In this document: piece by piece, positions 9,902 to 19,694 of the stretch
Numbering within the stretch: the stretch's first letter is position 1
Layout of the letters: every line of letters starts with the position of its first letter
Assembly (NCBI GenBank): GCA_965237675.1
Contig: OZ250150.1
Span: forward strand, 2,304,001 to 2,368,000
Direction of reading: 5' to 3'
DNA length: 64,000 bases
Source: Candidatus Latescibacterota bacterium
GTDB taxonomy: Bacteria; Latescibacterota; UBA2968; GCA-2709665
The notes under the pieces: generated by a model
Database searches by the model: none
What the model saw: the letters and a program-made list of their open reading frames with translations, nothing else
What the model was told of the DNA's origin: nothing
Program-made: the position numbers and the translations under genes

Positions 9902-10762
9902 TTGAAGCCCGCGGATTCTACCCTTTACGTCTCCGACCTGGACGGCACGCTACTGGGCAGCGATACGTCGCTGTCCCAGTACAGCAAGGATACCCTTAAC
10001 TCTCTGTTGGATCAGGGTCTGCTCTTTACCGTGGCCAGCGCTCGCAGCATTGCCTCCATCCGTCGCTTGCTGGCCGGTCTGCGTCTCCGTCTGCCGGTTG
10101 TTGAATTCAACGGCGCCCTGGTCTCCGATCTGGCCAGCGGCCAGCACTATCTGGTCCGCGAACTTCACCGCGACATTTTGCCCGAGTTGTGGCAACAAAT
10201 AACCGACGCCGGCCACGGGCTCTTCATCTCGACTTATGACGGCACGGCGGACCGTTGCTACTACCGCGATATCACCAATGACGGCATGGCCTGGTACGTG
10301 CGCAACAGGCGGCTCAACCAGGATCCGCGCATGCGCTATCTACCCGACCTGGAGCGCGGCCTGGAAGACCAGGTGGTTTGTCTGACTGTTATCGGACAGG
10401 GACCGGAAATGGAGAAATTGGCCGAAGAGATGGACCATCGGCACGCCGGGCGCATCCAGACCCAATGCTACGAGAATCAGTCTTCGCCCGGCTGGTACTG
10501 GCTGACTATCCACGATGCCCGCGCCACCAAAGAACACGGCATACTATTCCTCAAGCGCATGAAAGGCCTGGAAGACCGTCGTCTGATCGTCTTTGGCGAC
10601 GAGGTAAACGACCTGGGAATGTTCAAGTTGGCGGATGAGGCCCTCGCCGTGGCCAATGGCATTCCCGCCCTCAAGGAACACGCGACTGGTATCATCGACA
10701 CCAACGAAGCGGACGGCATCGCCCGCCATATATCTCGACGTTGGTACGGAGCACAGGAATAG
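9902..10762 (+). CDS. Cof-type HAD hydrolase
   Basis: SDLDGTLL, ASAR, ATK and FGDEVNDLGMF motifs. Confidence 0.9.
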   Translation: MKPADSTLYVSDLDGTLLGSDTSLSQYSKDTLNSLLDQGLLFTVASARSIASIRRLLAGLRLRLPVVEFNGALVSDLASGQHYLVRELHRDILPELWQQITDAGHGLFISTYDGTADRCYYRDITNDGMAWYVRNRRLNQDPRMRYLPDLERGLEDQVVCLTVIGQGPEMEKLAEEMDHRHAGRIQTQCYENQSSPGWYWLTIHDARATKEHGILFLKRMKGLEDRRLIVFGDEVNDLGMFKLADEALAVANGIPALKEHATGIIDTNEADGIARHISRRWYGAQE

Positions 10763-10917
10763 GGTCGTTGCATTGCCGTTTACAAAGCCAACGTGAGACG
10801 ACACGCATAACAAGACCAGCGCATTCACATTCGGTATGCCGCCGAGAATCGGTAATTGCCCGAAAATGGGTCGCGACATGCGTCCGTCACACATGCGCAC
10901 CCCGGTGAAGTTTCCAA

Positions 10918-10946
10918 TTGTATTTACGTTATATTTGATGTAGAAT
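10918..10946 (+). promoter_or_regulatory. Sigma70-type promoter of the toxin-antitoxin operon (probably leaderless transcript)
   Basis: TTGTAT (10918-10923), 17-nt spacer, TAGAAT (10941-10946). ATG at 10953 with no SD. Confidence 0.55.
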
Positions 10947-11216
10947 ATAAATATGGACGCGAATTGGCATATCCTCTACTTCGAGTCAAATGACGGTCAA
11001 TGTCCAATTCGTGAATTTATCGATGGACGCAACAAACGGGATCAAGCGAAAGTGCTCAGTTGGATTTCGCTATTGGAGGACCGGGGACCCAATCTGCCTC
11101 GTCCGTATGCAGATCTGTTGACAGATGGGATCCACGAACTGCGGATCAATCTTTCCGGTGATCATGTTCGCGCACTCTACTTTTTTTGCTATAGAGAGTT
11201 TATTGTTTTAACCCAT

Positions 11217-13029
11217 GAGTCGCCTCCGAAAAGGGGGCCGCGAAGGATTCGTGTTGGTGGTCAGCGATGCGTATAGGGATGTATCGTGGTGCCGGGATTT
11301 TACAGCGACCTGCGGCGCATCAACGTAGAGGGAGGCCACCAGGTTGGTCTCGGTGTTGTCAATCAGGGTTTTGCACAAGAAATCCCCGATTATGCGGGGA
11401 TCATCAGGGGTGTGGCGAGGTAGTTCTTGATCCGAACCAGATTGATCCATAGGCCACGACACCAGGCCCACCGTTGGTGTGGCATCAGTCCGCGATAGCG
11501 CGTCTTGCCATTTTTGGTGTAATAGCTCAACTGGAAGATGCTGGCCTCGACATTGTTGCGTCTGTTTCTAATATGGGCAGGGAGTGCTTCGATCTGTTTG
11601 CGATTGAGGTAACTGTCGATGTGTTGTTCTTTAAAGTATCGTGGTTTGCCATCGATGATGATTTTGTATTTTCCCGGTTTGTATTCTTGGGCAAGCTGAA
11701 CCTCTCCGGTTTGTTGATCAATGACCTTGACACCGTCTGCTGTGCGTTCATAACTGAAACGCCCTGGGGTTCCTTGCAGGCCACTGTAATAGAATTGCTT
11801 GTCCTGTTCTTTTGCGTACTCGGCGTTGGATTGATCATTATAGGCCCCATCCATTGACACTTCCAAGACGTCACCCACCACGCGTTGTGTCTGCTCAATG
11901 GCAGGTTGGACAAACGCGTTGTCGGGACTCGTCGCCGGTTTGACGTCAACATCCGTGATCAAATTGAGGCCATCCTCATCGCAGGTCTCGGTGAGGTTGA
12001 CATTATACCCTTTCACCTTATTCTCGCCTTTCCTGCGAAAGGCCGCATCGTCATCATGGGCAGACTGCAACGAGGATGAACAGATCGCTTTCGGAGGCTT
12101 GGGTAGCACCTCTTCGGGGGAAGACAAAACCGTATATTGGTCCTCAAAAACACGCACGATCAGACCATATCGATCGCTGTCTTTCTCGGTATAGGTCTCT
12201 TGTAGCCTGCTCAATAACAGCCCCAATTCCTGTAGCTTCTCGCCTTTTTCAGTAGGGGTGAGACGGTAGACAACCTGATGGGGCTTCCCTTGGATCAGAT
12301 CCTCCAAAACCTGCTGATCCGTTGCCGATAATCGTCCCTTCTCATCCTTGTCCAATGACCTCCAGAACCCTTGTAAGCAACAAACCACCAACTGCAACCG
12401 ACAACACAAGGCAATGTTGGCGCCGATCAACTTACTGTCCATTCGGATTTGTTGACCCAATACACCAAAGGCCTTGGCCTGCGTCTTTGTTAAGCTGAAA
12501 AAGGTCTCTCCTACCAGATCGCGACCGGTCTTCAGTTGATACGCATACAAAGCCTGCTTGAACAGATAATACGTGGACTCGACAGGCACTTCATCCGTAA
12601 GATTCACCAACCCCAATGCCCCCATCACCAGGATGTTGAACCGACATTGCTCGAAAAGTTGGGCATCGCTCCACCCAAAGCCCTCCTTCAAGATCATCAT
12701 CGACACCAGATGCCGGATCGGCGCATTGGGACGGCCTATGTCAGGGTCAAACACCACACGAAAAATATCCTCATCGACCTTTGAGGTGATGTGCTCGTAG
12801 AACAGATTATTCCAGGCGGCCGGATCATTTAGCCGATCCAGCTTCGGACCTTTGAAATGCGACTCGAAGCTGCTAAACAGATCCGGCTGACTTGAAGGGG
12901 CACTCCTTCGAAACATATGTCCCTCGCTTCTTTGTGATCAAACATCAATCTGCAACATTGCAACCTGTTTATACCTCGAATTTAGTACTTTTTCCTGGTT
13001 AAGTAAACACGACTTTTCGGAGTGGGCTC
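11217..13029 (-). mobile_element. Insertion sequence (IS1182/IS5-like), 1,813 bp
   Basis: Imperfect terminal IRs GAGTCGCCTCCGAAAAG and CTTTTCGGAGTGGGCTC. 6-bp direct repeat ACCCAT at 11211-11216 and 13030-13035. Confidence 0.92.
11390..12916 (-). CDS. DDE transposase (DUF772 N-terminus, IS1182/IS5-like)
   Basis: GRPNAP...SD..L, RMDSKLI, DDDAAFRRK..KGY, MDGAY and RRNNVEA motifs. Visibly AT-richer than the host. Confidence 0.9.
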   Translation of the reverse strand: MFRRSAPSSQPDLFSSFESHFKGPKLDRLNDPAAWNNLFYEHITSKVDEDIFRVVFDPDIGRPNAPIRHLVSMMILKEGFGWSDAQLFEQCRFNILVMGALGLVNLTDEVPVESTYYLFKQALYAYQLKTGRDLVGETFFSLTKTQAKAFGVLGQQIRMDSKLIGANIALCCRLQLVVCCLQGFWRSLDKDEKGRLSATDQQVLEDLIQGKPHQVVYRLTPTEKGEKLQELGLLLSRLQETYTEKDSDRYGLIVRVFEDQYTVLSSPEEVLPKPPKAICSSSLQSAHDDDAAFRRKGENKVKGYNVNLTETCDEDGLNLITDVDVKPATSPDNAFVQPAIEQTQRVVGDVLEVSMDGAYNDQSNAEYAKEQDKQFYYSGLQGTPGRFSYERTADGVKVIDQQTGEVQLAQEYKPGKYKIIIDGKPRYFKEQHIDSYLNRKQIEALPAHIRNRRNNVEASIFQLSYYTKNGKTRYRGLMPHQRWAWCRGLWINLVRIKNYLATPLMIPA

Positions 13030-13147
13030 ACCCATGCATTCATAAAAAGCACTGATCGCGTTCCTCGAAGCCAGATTCGCCAGGCACGGAACATGCGTGC
13101 TGACTTCTTGAGACGATTCGATGAAAAACAGTTGAAGGAGGCCGTGG

Positions 13148-13444
13148 ATGAAGACCTTTAGAAAACACCTGTCAGAAAAACTCAAGGATGATCAATTCAG
13201 AAGGCTTTATGAAGAAGAGAGGCAACTTGCGGAACTCTCTTTGAAGATTCTTGGGACTCGGGAAAGCAAGGGTCTGTCCCAGAGGGAAGTCGCCAGGAAA
13301 GCAAAGGTCACACAGCAGCAACTATCCAAAGTGGAAAATGGAATCAACTGTAATCTGACCACCTTTCTCAAAGTCTGCAATGCGCTGGATCTCAGAATTG
13401 ACCTGGGTCAATCTCATGCGCGCGGGGTAACATCGCATGCGTAG
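13148..13444 (+). CDS. XRE/HigA-type HTH antitoxin
   Basis: GLSQREVARKAKVTQQQLSKVENG HTH. Start overlaps the reconstructed toxin 3' end. Confidence 0.88.
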   Translation: MKTFRKHLSEKLKDDQFRRLYEEERQLAELSLKILGTRESKGLSQREVARKAKVTQQQLSKVENGINCNLTTFLKVCNALDLRIDLGQSHARGVTSHA

Positions 13445-13539
13445 AAGCGAAAAATCGCGAAACAACCATCTGCATCGCTCGAATTATTTCGCCACGGGTC
13501 CATCCGCTTGAAGGGAGACGAGGCAATTGCACACCATCA

Positions 13540-13635
13540 GTAGGGGCGTCCCTTGTGGGCGCCCCTGGGCGACTGCCGTAAAGCGGCGGCGGCCGCGAGG
13601 AAAAGGGCAACCACGAGGGTTGCCCCTACAACGGG
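13540..13635. repeat. Inverted pair of GTAG-type REP palindromes
   Basis: gtaggggcgtcccttgtgggcgcccct and aagggcaaccacgagggttgcccctacaacggg. The latter is the exact reverse complement of 43847-43879. Related copy at 40052-40077. Confidence 0.8.
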
Positions 13636-13759
13636 TATCGGCGTTGGCGCGTACAGGAAACCAGGAACGCCAAAAATACGATCCACATCCACCGCGACGT
13701 CCGGACGGTTCGCAAACCACTCCCGCTTCCGGCGGCTGAATCCACGGTTGGGCGCCTGC

Positions 13760-13926
13760 ACCCTGAGCCGCTCCCTGAGCTTGAGGTCCCTGAGCCCGTC
13801 GAAGGGTCGGCGAAGGGTAGCCGAAACGCGGGTATTTCGACAAGCTTGCTTCGACAGGCTCAGCACAGGCAACGCACGCAGCATCCACGTTTCGGTAGGC
13901 GTTTTTCGACTGCGCTCAGAATGACA
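13760..13926. repeat. Cluster of cctgagc..tcgaagg / ttcgac..gctcag palindromic repeats
   Basis: ccctgagc x3, ccctgagcccgtcgaaggg, ttcgacaggctcag and ttcgactgcgctcagaatgaca. Confidence 0.6.
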
Positions 13927-14017
13927 GGTCGGCCGATCGTCAGGCCGGTAAATATGGCCACATGGATGAATAGCACCAGTAATCCGGAATCACAGGAGTC
14001 CTGTTTCGGATATTTCT

Positions 14018-14048
14018 AACGTCCCTTAAGCGGGGCGTTTTTGTTTGC
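14018..14048 (+). terminator. Putative intrinsic terminator
   Basis: aacgtccc-ttaagc-ggggcgtt hairpin followed by a T-rich tail. Confidence 0.45.
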
Positions 14049-14124
14049 CAAACGGGAAATTAACGATTATTTTTTTATAACTTACTTGCCGTCGGTCGGC
14101 GACGGCGATGGGAGAGAAATCGGG

Positions 14125-14910
14125 ATGACGTTCCTCCAGGCGGCCCTCCTGGGATTGGTGCAGGGATTATCCGAGTTTCTGCCGGTGAGCAGTTCGGGGC
14201 ATCTGGTGCTGGGGCAGGCTTTGATGGGCGTGCAGCCGGGTGACCTGGTGTTCGAGGTTACCGTACACTTCGGAACGTTGCTTGCCGTGCTCACGGTACT
14301 TCGAGAACGGATCTGGCGGCTGGTAACCGGCTGTATCCGGCGGGACCCGGCGTCCCTGAGGATGTTGTTGTTGCTGCTTTTGGGCACGGTACCGGCGGGC
14401 GTGGTGGGGATATGGTTCGAGGATTTCCTGGAACTGGTGTTCCACAGCCCCACGGTGGCGGCCGGATGCCTGGTTGCAACGGGTGTGGTGTTGTGGAGCA
14501 CCCGATTTGTCTCTGGCAGGAGGCGGGAGATCGGCGTCGGTGATGCGCTTCTGATCGGGCTGGCGCAGGCGGTTGCCATACTGCCGGGGATTTCCCGATC
14601 GGGTCTGACAATCAGTGCGGGATTGTGGCGGGGGGTTGAGGGAAGGGAGGCTGCGTCCTTTTCGTTCATGTTGTCGATTCCCGTGATTCTGGGCGCCACG
14701 GCGTTGAAGGCGGGCGACTTGATCACCGACCCGCCGCCCTGGAACCTTGTTGTGCCCCTGTTCGTCGGTCTGATCGCGGCCTTCGCTTCCGGTGTCGTGG
14801 CCATCCGGTGGCTCCTCGCCCTGCTTCGCGGCCGCCGGCTGCATCGCTTTTCCTACTACTGCTGGGCGCTGGGGCTGGTGGCGTTGACGACGCTCTGGTT
14901 GCGTCACTGA
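14125..14910 (+). CDS. uppP: Undecaprenyl-diphosphate phosphatase
   Basis: LGLVQGLSEFLPVSSSGHL and PGISRSG signatures. Confidence 0.95.
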   Translation: MTFLQAALLGLVQGLSEFLPVSSSGHLVLGQALMGVQPGDLVFEVTVHFGTLLAVLTVLRERIWRLVTGCIRRDPASLRMLLLLLLGTVPAGVVGIWFEDFLELVFHSPTVAAGCLVATGVVLWSTRFVSGRRREIGVGDALLIGLAQAVAILPGISRSGLTISAGLWRGVEGREAASFSFMLSIPVILGATALKAGDLITDPPPWNLVVPLFVGLIAAFASGVVAIRWLLALLRGRRLHRFSYYCWALGLVALTTLWLRH

Positions 14911-14920
14911 GGATTCTGTT

Positions 14921-15316
14921 ATGCGGATAAGGATCGTTTGCGCTGTTCTCGTGGTCTTTCTGGGCTGCGGCAGGGATTCAAACGTATTGGACGCCGAAGA
15001 TCTGTCGAACATGTTGTCCATTACGAATCTGGCTGCGCAGCCGGTGTTCGATCAGGGCAACCCGCCCCTGATTGTCGCGGTACGCATCGACGCGGATGTG
15101 GTCCACGTCGGCGATGTTCCGATCGACATACCCTTTATCCTGACGTGGAGGCTGACCGACGATCAGAATGCGACGGTGGGGCAGGCGTCGAAACAGTTTG
15201 ATGCGAATATGGAACCGGGTGCGGTTCGACACGTGACGTTGACGATTCAATTCGAAGCCCGCGAAAGCGTCACCGGGCTCCGGAACGTGGCAACCTTCGA
15301 TCCGGTTTCCTCGTAA
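14921..15316 (+). CDS. Putative lipoprotein, hypothetical
   Basis: MRIRIVCAVLVVFLGC signal and lipobox-like Cys. Beta-rich body. Confidence 0.55.
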   Translation: MRIRIVCAVLVVFLGCGRDSNVLDAEDLSNMLSITNLAAQPVFDQGNPPLIVAVRIDADVVHVGDVPIDIPFILTWRLTDDQNATVGQASKQFDANMEPGAVRHVTLTIQFEARESVTGLRNVATFDPVSS

Positions 15317-15389
15317 CTTAGAAATGCCTTGATCGCGTTCCGAAAATGTGGTATTTTCCGGTCCGTTATACGGTTTGAATACTTCAGAC

Positions 15390-15415
15390 GCCGGCATCGC
15401 TGCCGGGCTTTTTTT
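15390..15415 (+). terminator. Intrinsic terminator
   Basis: ccggca-tcgc-tgccgg hairpin plus T7. Confidence 0.6.
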
Positions 15416-15432
15416 CGTCCGGAAGGGAATGG

Positions 15433-16149
15433 ATGAAACTCTATATTATCCGGCATGGGCAATCGGCGAACAACGCGTTGGAAAACGGAGGTAAGCGGGT
15501 TTGCGATCCGCCCCTGACCGAAATCGGCGAGGCTCAGGCGGACAGGCTGGCCCGCTATCTGACCGCGGCCGGAGACGGCGCTGAGCCGTTCCACAACGTG
15601 GCGTTTCAGCAGAATTGCGCGGGCTTTGAATTCGACCGGATATTTTCAAGCCCGATGTTGCGCGCAATGCAGACGGCGGCGCCTGTTGGAAGGGCAATGG
15701 GAATCCGGCCCGAAATCTGGATCGATATTCACGAGGAGGGCGGGATCTGGCTGGATGAAGGCGACGGTCGGGGAGAGGTGGGGTATCCGGGCCTCACGCG
15801 GAGCGAGATCGAGGCGCGGTTCCCCGATTTTGCGGTGCCCGAAACCATCACGGATGGGGGCTGGTGGAACCGGCCGGCGGAGATCAAAACGGAGTGGCGC
15901 GCGCGGGCGCGCAGAGTGGCGTCGGTACTGTACGAGTGTTTTGCGGGCACCGAGGAGCGGATTGCGCTGGTGTGTCACGGCGGATTCGCCAACGACCTGC
16001 TTCATGCCGTGTTCGCCGGAATGCCGGACAGCATCTATTTTGAGAATCCCAATACGGCGATCAGCCGTCTGGATTTCAATGGCAAGGGATGGGTGCAGGT
16101 CCGTTATCTGAGTTGCGTGGCTCATCTCACGCCGGAGTTGATTGCGTAA
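15433..16149 (+). CDS. Histidine phosphatase family protein
   Basis: IIRHGQS, SSPMLRAMQTA and VCHGG motifs. Confidence 0.9.
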   Translation: MKLYIIRHGQSANNALENGGKRVCDPPLTEIGEAQADRLARYLTAAGDGAEPFHNVAFQQNCAGFEFDRIFSSPMLRAMQTAAPVGRAMGIRPEIWIDIHEEGGIWLDEGDGRGEVGYPGLTRSEIEARFPDFAVPETITDGGWWNRPAEIKTEWRARARRVASVLYECFAGTEERIALVCHGGFANDLLHAVFAGMPDSIYFENPNTAISRLDFNGKGWVQVRYLSCVAHLTPELIA

Positions 16150-16314
16150 AGCAACGTATCGGGACGAGGAACGTGGAAAACGGAAAAAGAGATTCAGAGA
16201 GCGCCTTCCGGATTCACTCATCTCGTACCCGCGCGGCTTCGGACAGCGCAGATACCGAGTCGTTCCCGCACGAGACAGGCTGTCGATCCATTCTTATCAT
16301 TGAGGTGTCCTGTT

Positions 16315-17322
16315 ATGGCTAAACCCGAAGTCGTTCTATCCGGTTTTGCGGATGAAGGTCCGGTGAGCAAGCGGGCCGAAGAGCAGCTGACGATGATGTC
16401 CGCCCTCGGGCTGTCGTATTACACAATCCGGTTCATCGATCTCGGCAATGGCGTGAAGAACGTCATGGAATTGTCAGACGAGGAAATACAACGGCTTCAG
16501 GATCTGCACAAAGCGTTCCGGATCAACGTGTCCAGCGTGGGTTCTCCGCTGGGCAAGGTCAAGCTCGTGGATAAAGACGATGGGACACAGAACCGGTACG
16601 TCCCGTTTGACTCCTATCTGAAAAACGACGTGCAGCGGGCGATCGACCTTGCCCACGCGTTCGACACCAAGTTGCTCAGGGGGTTCAGCTATTACCATCC
16701 ACACGGGGAGGATCCCTGGACGTACCTGGACAGGGCGGCGGAGCAACTCGGGCAGATCGTGGAGAAGTGCGCGTCGGCAGGTGTGGTTTACGGTATGGAG
16801 GTGGAGGCCGATCTGGTTGGCGGCGATGGCGACACGTTGATCGCATTGTTCGAGAAAGTCAATAGTCCGTACGTCTGTATTATTCCGGACGTGGGTAACA
16901 TGGAGTCCAAGGGCCACAGCCCCGACAGCGCGTACGAGCATTATGTCAAAATGAAACCCGGGGTGGGCTGGATACACATCAAAGGTTTCAACAATCCGTC
17001 GAACCAGGCCATGCTGGCAGCGGCCGGAGAGCGCGGGCTGACCCGGTTCATCCCGGTGGACCGGGGCGATTCCGGGCATGAGCAGGTGTTGCGCGACTTC
17101 CGGACGCTGGTGCCTGAAATCCGGCAGCGCTACTCTCCGCTGGGTGTGCCGGGCGTCTTCGTGGACCTGGAGCCGCACGTGAAGGGCGGCGGCCAGTTCG
17201 GCGGCGTCAGCGGGGTGGACGGATTCGGCGTGGCCTTTCGGAGCCTCTGCCGCCTTCTGGACTATCTGGAGTACGACTATCATCTGACCGGCTACGAAGA
17301 TATTTCCAATCCCGCGTCGTGA
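16315..17322 (+). CDS. Sugar phosphate isomerase/epimerase (xylose isomerase-like TIM barrel)
   Basis: LSGFADE, GSPLGK, DVGN, IHIK and DLEPH motifs. Confidence 0.85.
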   Translation: MAKPEVVLSGFADEGPVSKRAEEQLTMMSALGLSYYTIRFIDLGNGVKNVMELSDEEIQRLQDLHKAFRINVSSVGSPLGKVKLVDKDDGTQNRYVPFDSYLKNDVQRAIDLAHAFDTKLLRGFSYYHPHGEDPWTYLDRAAEQLGQIVEKCASAGVVYGMEVEADLVGGDGDTLIALFEKVNSPYVCIIPDVGNMESKGHSPDSAYEHYVKMKPGVGWIHIKGFNNPSNQAMLAAAGERGLTRFIPVDRGDSGHEQVLRDFRTLVPEIRQRYSPLGVPGVFVDLEPHVKGGGQFGGVSGVDGFGVAFRSLCRLLDYLEYDYHLTGYEDISNPAS

Positions 17323-17343
17323 ACGTTCGCGGGCGCCTGTCAC

Positions 17344-17376
17344 CAGGGGTGCGATTTTCGCGCCCCTGATCTTTTT
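17344..17376 (+). terminator. Intrinsic terminator
   Basis: caggggtgcga / tcgcgcccctg stem followed by a T run. Confidence 0.55.
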
Positions 17377-17397
17377 GCTTACCCGTCCGAGGTCTCA

Positions 17398-19683
17398 GTG
17401 CGTGTTTCTTCCCATTCGCCGGAATCCAACCGGGTCACCTTCGCCCGGAGTCTGGGTTGTTTCGACGCGTCGATGATCGGCATCGGAGCGATGATCGGCG
17501 CGGGGATTTTCGTGCTGACCGGCATCGCGGCGGGCGAGGCGGGCCCGGCGTCGATTCTGGCATTCGCGCTCAATGGCCTGGTGACGCTGATGACGGCGTT
17601 CTGCTATGCCGAACTGGCTTCGGCGATTCCCGAGGCAGGCGGTGGATATTCTTTCGTCAAAAAGGCATTTCCCGGCCCGGTGGGATTTCTTTCCGGATGG
17701 ATGCTCTGGTTCGCCTATACGGTGGCCTGCAGTCTCTACGCGTTGGGGTTTGCAGGGTACTTCTGGGAGTTTTTCCACAAGTACCTGCCGGACGTCAGCC
17801 ATACGATACAGTCGACGGCCGGCGTGAAACCTTCGATCGCGCTGGTGACGGTAATCGTCAGCGGGCTGTTTGTCTGGTTGAACGTACGCGGCACGGAGGT
17901 GACGGGCAAGGCGGAGAACGTCATCACCATCTCCAAGATTCTCGTGCTTCTGGTTTTTGTCTGGTACGGGCTGATGCATATTTACGCCGCCCCCCAGGAG
18001 GCGGCGAAGAACTTCTCCCCATTTTTCCCGAAGGGGTTGGGCGGTGTGCTGGTGGCCATGGGGCTGACGTTTATCGCCTTTGAAGGGTACGATCTGATCG
18101 CGACCTTGGCCGAGGAAATCAAACAGCCAGAGAAGAATATTCCGAAGGCGACGTTTATTTCCCTGGGTGTGACGATGGTTGTCTATCTGCTGATCGTTTT
18201 TGTCTCGCTTGGCGCGGTTCAACCGGAGTCCACCATGTCGTGGGAGTTTCTGGGCCGGTATCAGGAAACGGCGATTGTGAAGGCGGCAGACAGTTTCATG
18301 CCGGCGTTTGGCGTGGCAACCATTGTCTTCGGCGGGCTTCTGTCCACCATGTCCGCGTTGAACGCCACGGTGCTGGCCTCCAGCCGCGTGGCCTTTTCGA
18401 TGGGCAGGGATCGGTGGCTGCCGGTGGGCATGGCCAGGATTCATTCCGACAGGCGGACACCGCATGTCGCGATTCTGGTCACCGGTTTGATTCTGATGGG
18501 CATTGCGCTGCTTCTGCCCATCCATGTGGTCGGGTCCGCGGCAAGCCTGATGTTTCTGCTCACGTTTACGCTTGTGAATCTGTCGCTGGTTGTCCTTCGC
18601 CGCCGGGCGCCGGAAATACAGCGCAGGTTCAGAGTACCGCTTTTTCCATGGTTGCCTCTGCTTGGCGCGTGTTCGAATATGCTCCTGGCGATTTATCAGT
18701 TTCGTTTCGATCCGATGGCATGGTACGTTGCGCTGGGTTGGATCGCGTTGGGATTTTTCGCGTATACCATCTATTTCCAGAAGGAATCGGGCCAGGCCGA
18801 GCCTCACGTTCTGGATGCGCTGCCTCTGGAGACCGCACGAGCGCCGTACCGCGTATTGGTACCCGTGGCCAATCCGAATACGATCGCGTCGTTGCTGGAT
18901 ATTTCCATTCCTGTTGTAAAGGCGAAAGATGGCGATCTGATCGTGAGTACCACGGTTGAGGTGCCCATCCAGTTGCCTATTCAGGAAGGAATGAAGTACA
19001 TCAACCACCGGATGCCCCTGTTGCGTACCGCTCAGGCATACACCCAGAAGCAGAACTTGCGAATGGTGTCCGACATCCGGGTGGCGCACAGGGTGGACGA
19101 AGGCATTCTCTCGGCGGTGTCGGACGAGCACGTGGACCTGCTGGTGATCGGCTGGAAGGGATACACGACCACGCGGGAACGGATTTTCGGAGAAGTACTC
19201 GACAGGGTGGTGAACCGCGCCACAGCCGACGTGGCGGTTGTCAAGTTACAGGAGCACGCCAGGTTCGATCGGATACTGCTGCCGACCGCCGGAGGACCCC
19301 ATACGCGGTTCGCCGTTGATTTGCTGGAGCCGATCGTCGCGGCTTACGACTCACGTGTGACGGCCTGCTACGTGATACCCGAAGATGCGGACGAGGAGCG
19401 GGAACGGGAGGCCATGGGGTGGATGCAACACACGCTGCGGGATGCGAATCTGGGCGACGTGGAATGCCGGGCGATCCGTTCCCGGTCCGTACCGGCGGGC
19501 ATTGTCAGGGCTGGAGCGGATTTCGATCTGGTGGTGATGGGCGCGGCGAATACAGGCCTGTTCCAGCAGCTTCTGTTCGGTGAGGTGCCGGACCGGGTGG
19601 GGCGTTTCGCCAAGACTTCGGTGATGCTGGTAAGAAAGCGCGAGGGCCGGGGGAAGGCCTGGCTGCGGCGATTGATGAGTTGA
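17398..19683 (+). CDS. APC-family amino acid permease fused to two universal stress protein domains
   Basis: GAMIGAGIF, YAELASAIPEAGGGY and AFEGYD. C-terminal VLVPVAN, ILLPTAGGP and DLVVMGA...LFG USP motifs. Confidence 0.9.
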   Translation: MRVSSHSPESNRVTFARSLGCFDASMIGIGAMIGAGIFVLTGIAAGEAGPASILAFALNGLVTLMTAFCYAELASAIPEAGGGYSFVKKAFPGPVGFLSGWMLWFAYTVACSLYALGFAGYFWEFFHKYLPDVSHTIQSTAGVKPSIALVTVIVSGLFVWLNVRGTEVTGKAENVITISKILVLLVFVWYGLMHIYAAPQEAAKNFSPFFPKGLGGVLVAMGLTFIAFEGYDLIATLAEEIKQPEKNIPKATFISLGVTMVVYLLIVFVSLGAVQPESTMSWEFLGRYQETAIVKAADSFMPAFGVATIVFGGLLSTMSALNATVLASSRVAFSMGRDRWLPVGMARIHSDRRTPHVAILVTGLILMGIALLLPIHVVGSAASLMFLLTFTLVNLSLVVLRRRAPEIQRRFRVPLFPWLPLLGACSNMLLAIYQFRFDPMAWYVALGWIALGFFAYTIYFQKESGQAEPHVLDALPLETARAPYRVLVPVANPNTIASLLDISIPVVKAKDGDLIVSTTVEVPIQLPIQEGMKYINHRMPLLRTAQAYTQKQNLRMVSDIRVAHRVDEGILSAVSDEHVDLLVIGWKGYTTTRERIFGEVLDRVVNRATADVAVVKLQEHARFDRILLPTAGGPHTRFAVDLLEPIVAAYDSRVTACYVIPEDADEEREREAMGWMQHTLRDANLGDVECRAIRSRSVPAGIVRAGADFDLVVMGAANTGLFQQLLFGEVPDRVGRFAKTSVMLVRKREGRGKAWLRRLMS

Positions 19684-19694
19684 GAGGAGACACC

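Larger units (their letters stand above)
10953..13161 (+). pseudogene. RelE/HigB (Gp49-like) toxin interrupted by an IS
   Basis: 5' part ...LPRPYADLLTDGIHELRI...IVLTH. After removing the IS and one TSD copy the frame continues AFIKSTDRVPRSQIRQARNMRADFLRRFDEKQLKEAVDEDL* to 13161. Confidence 0.9.
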
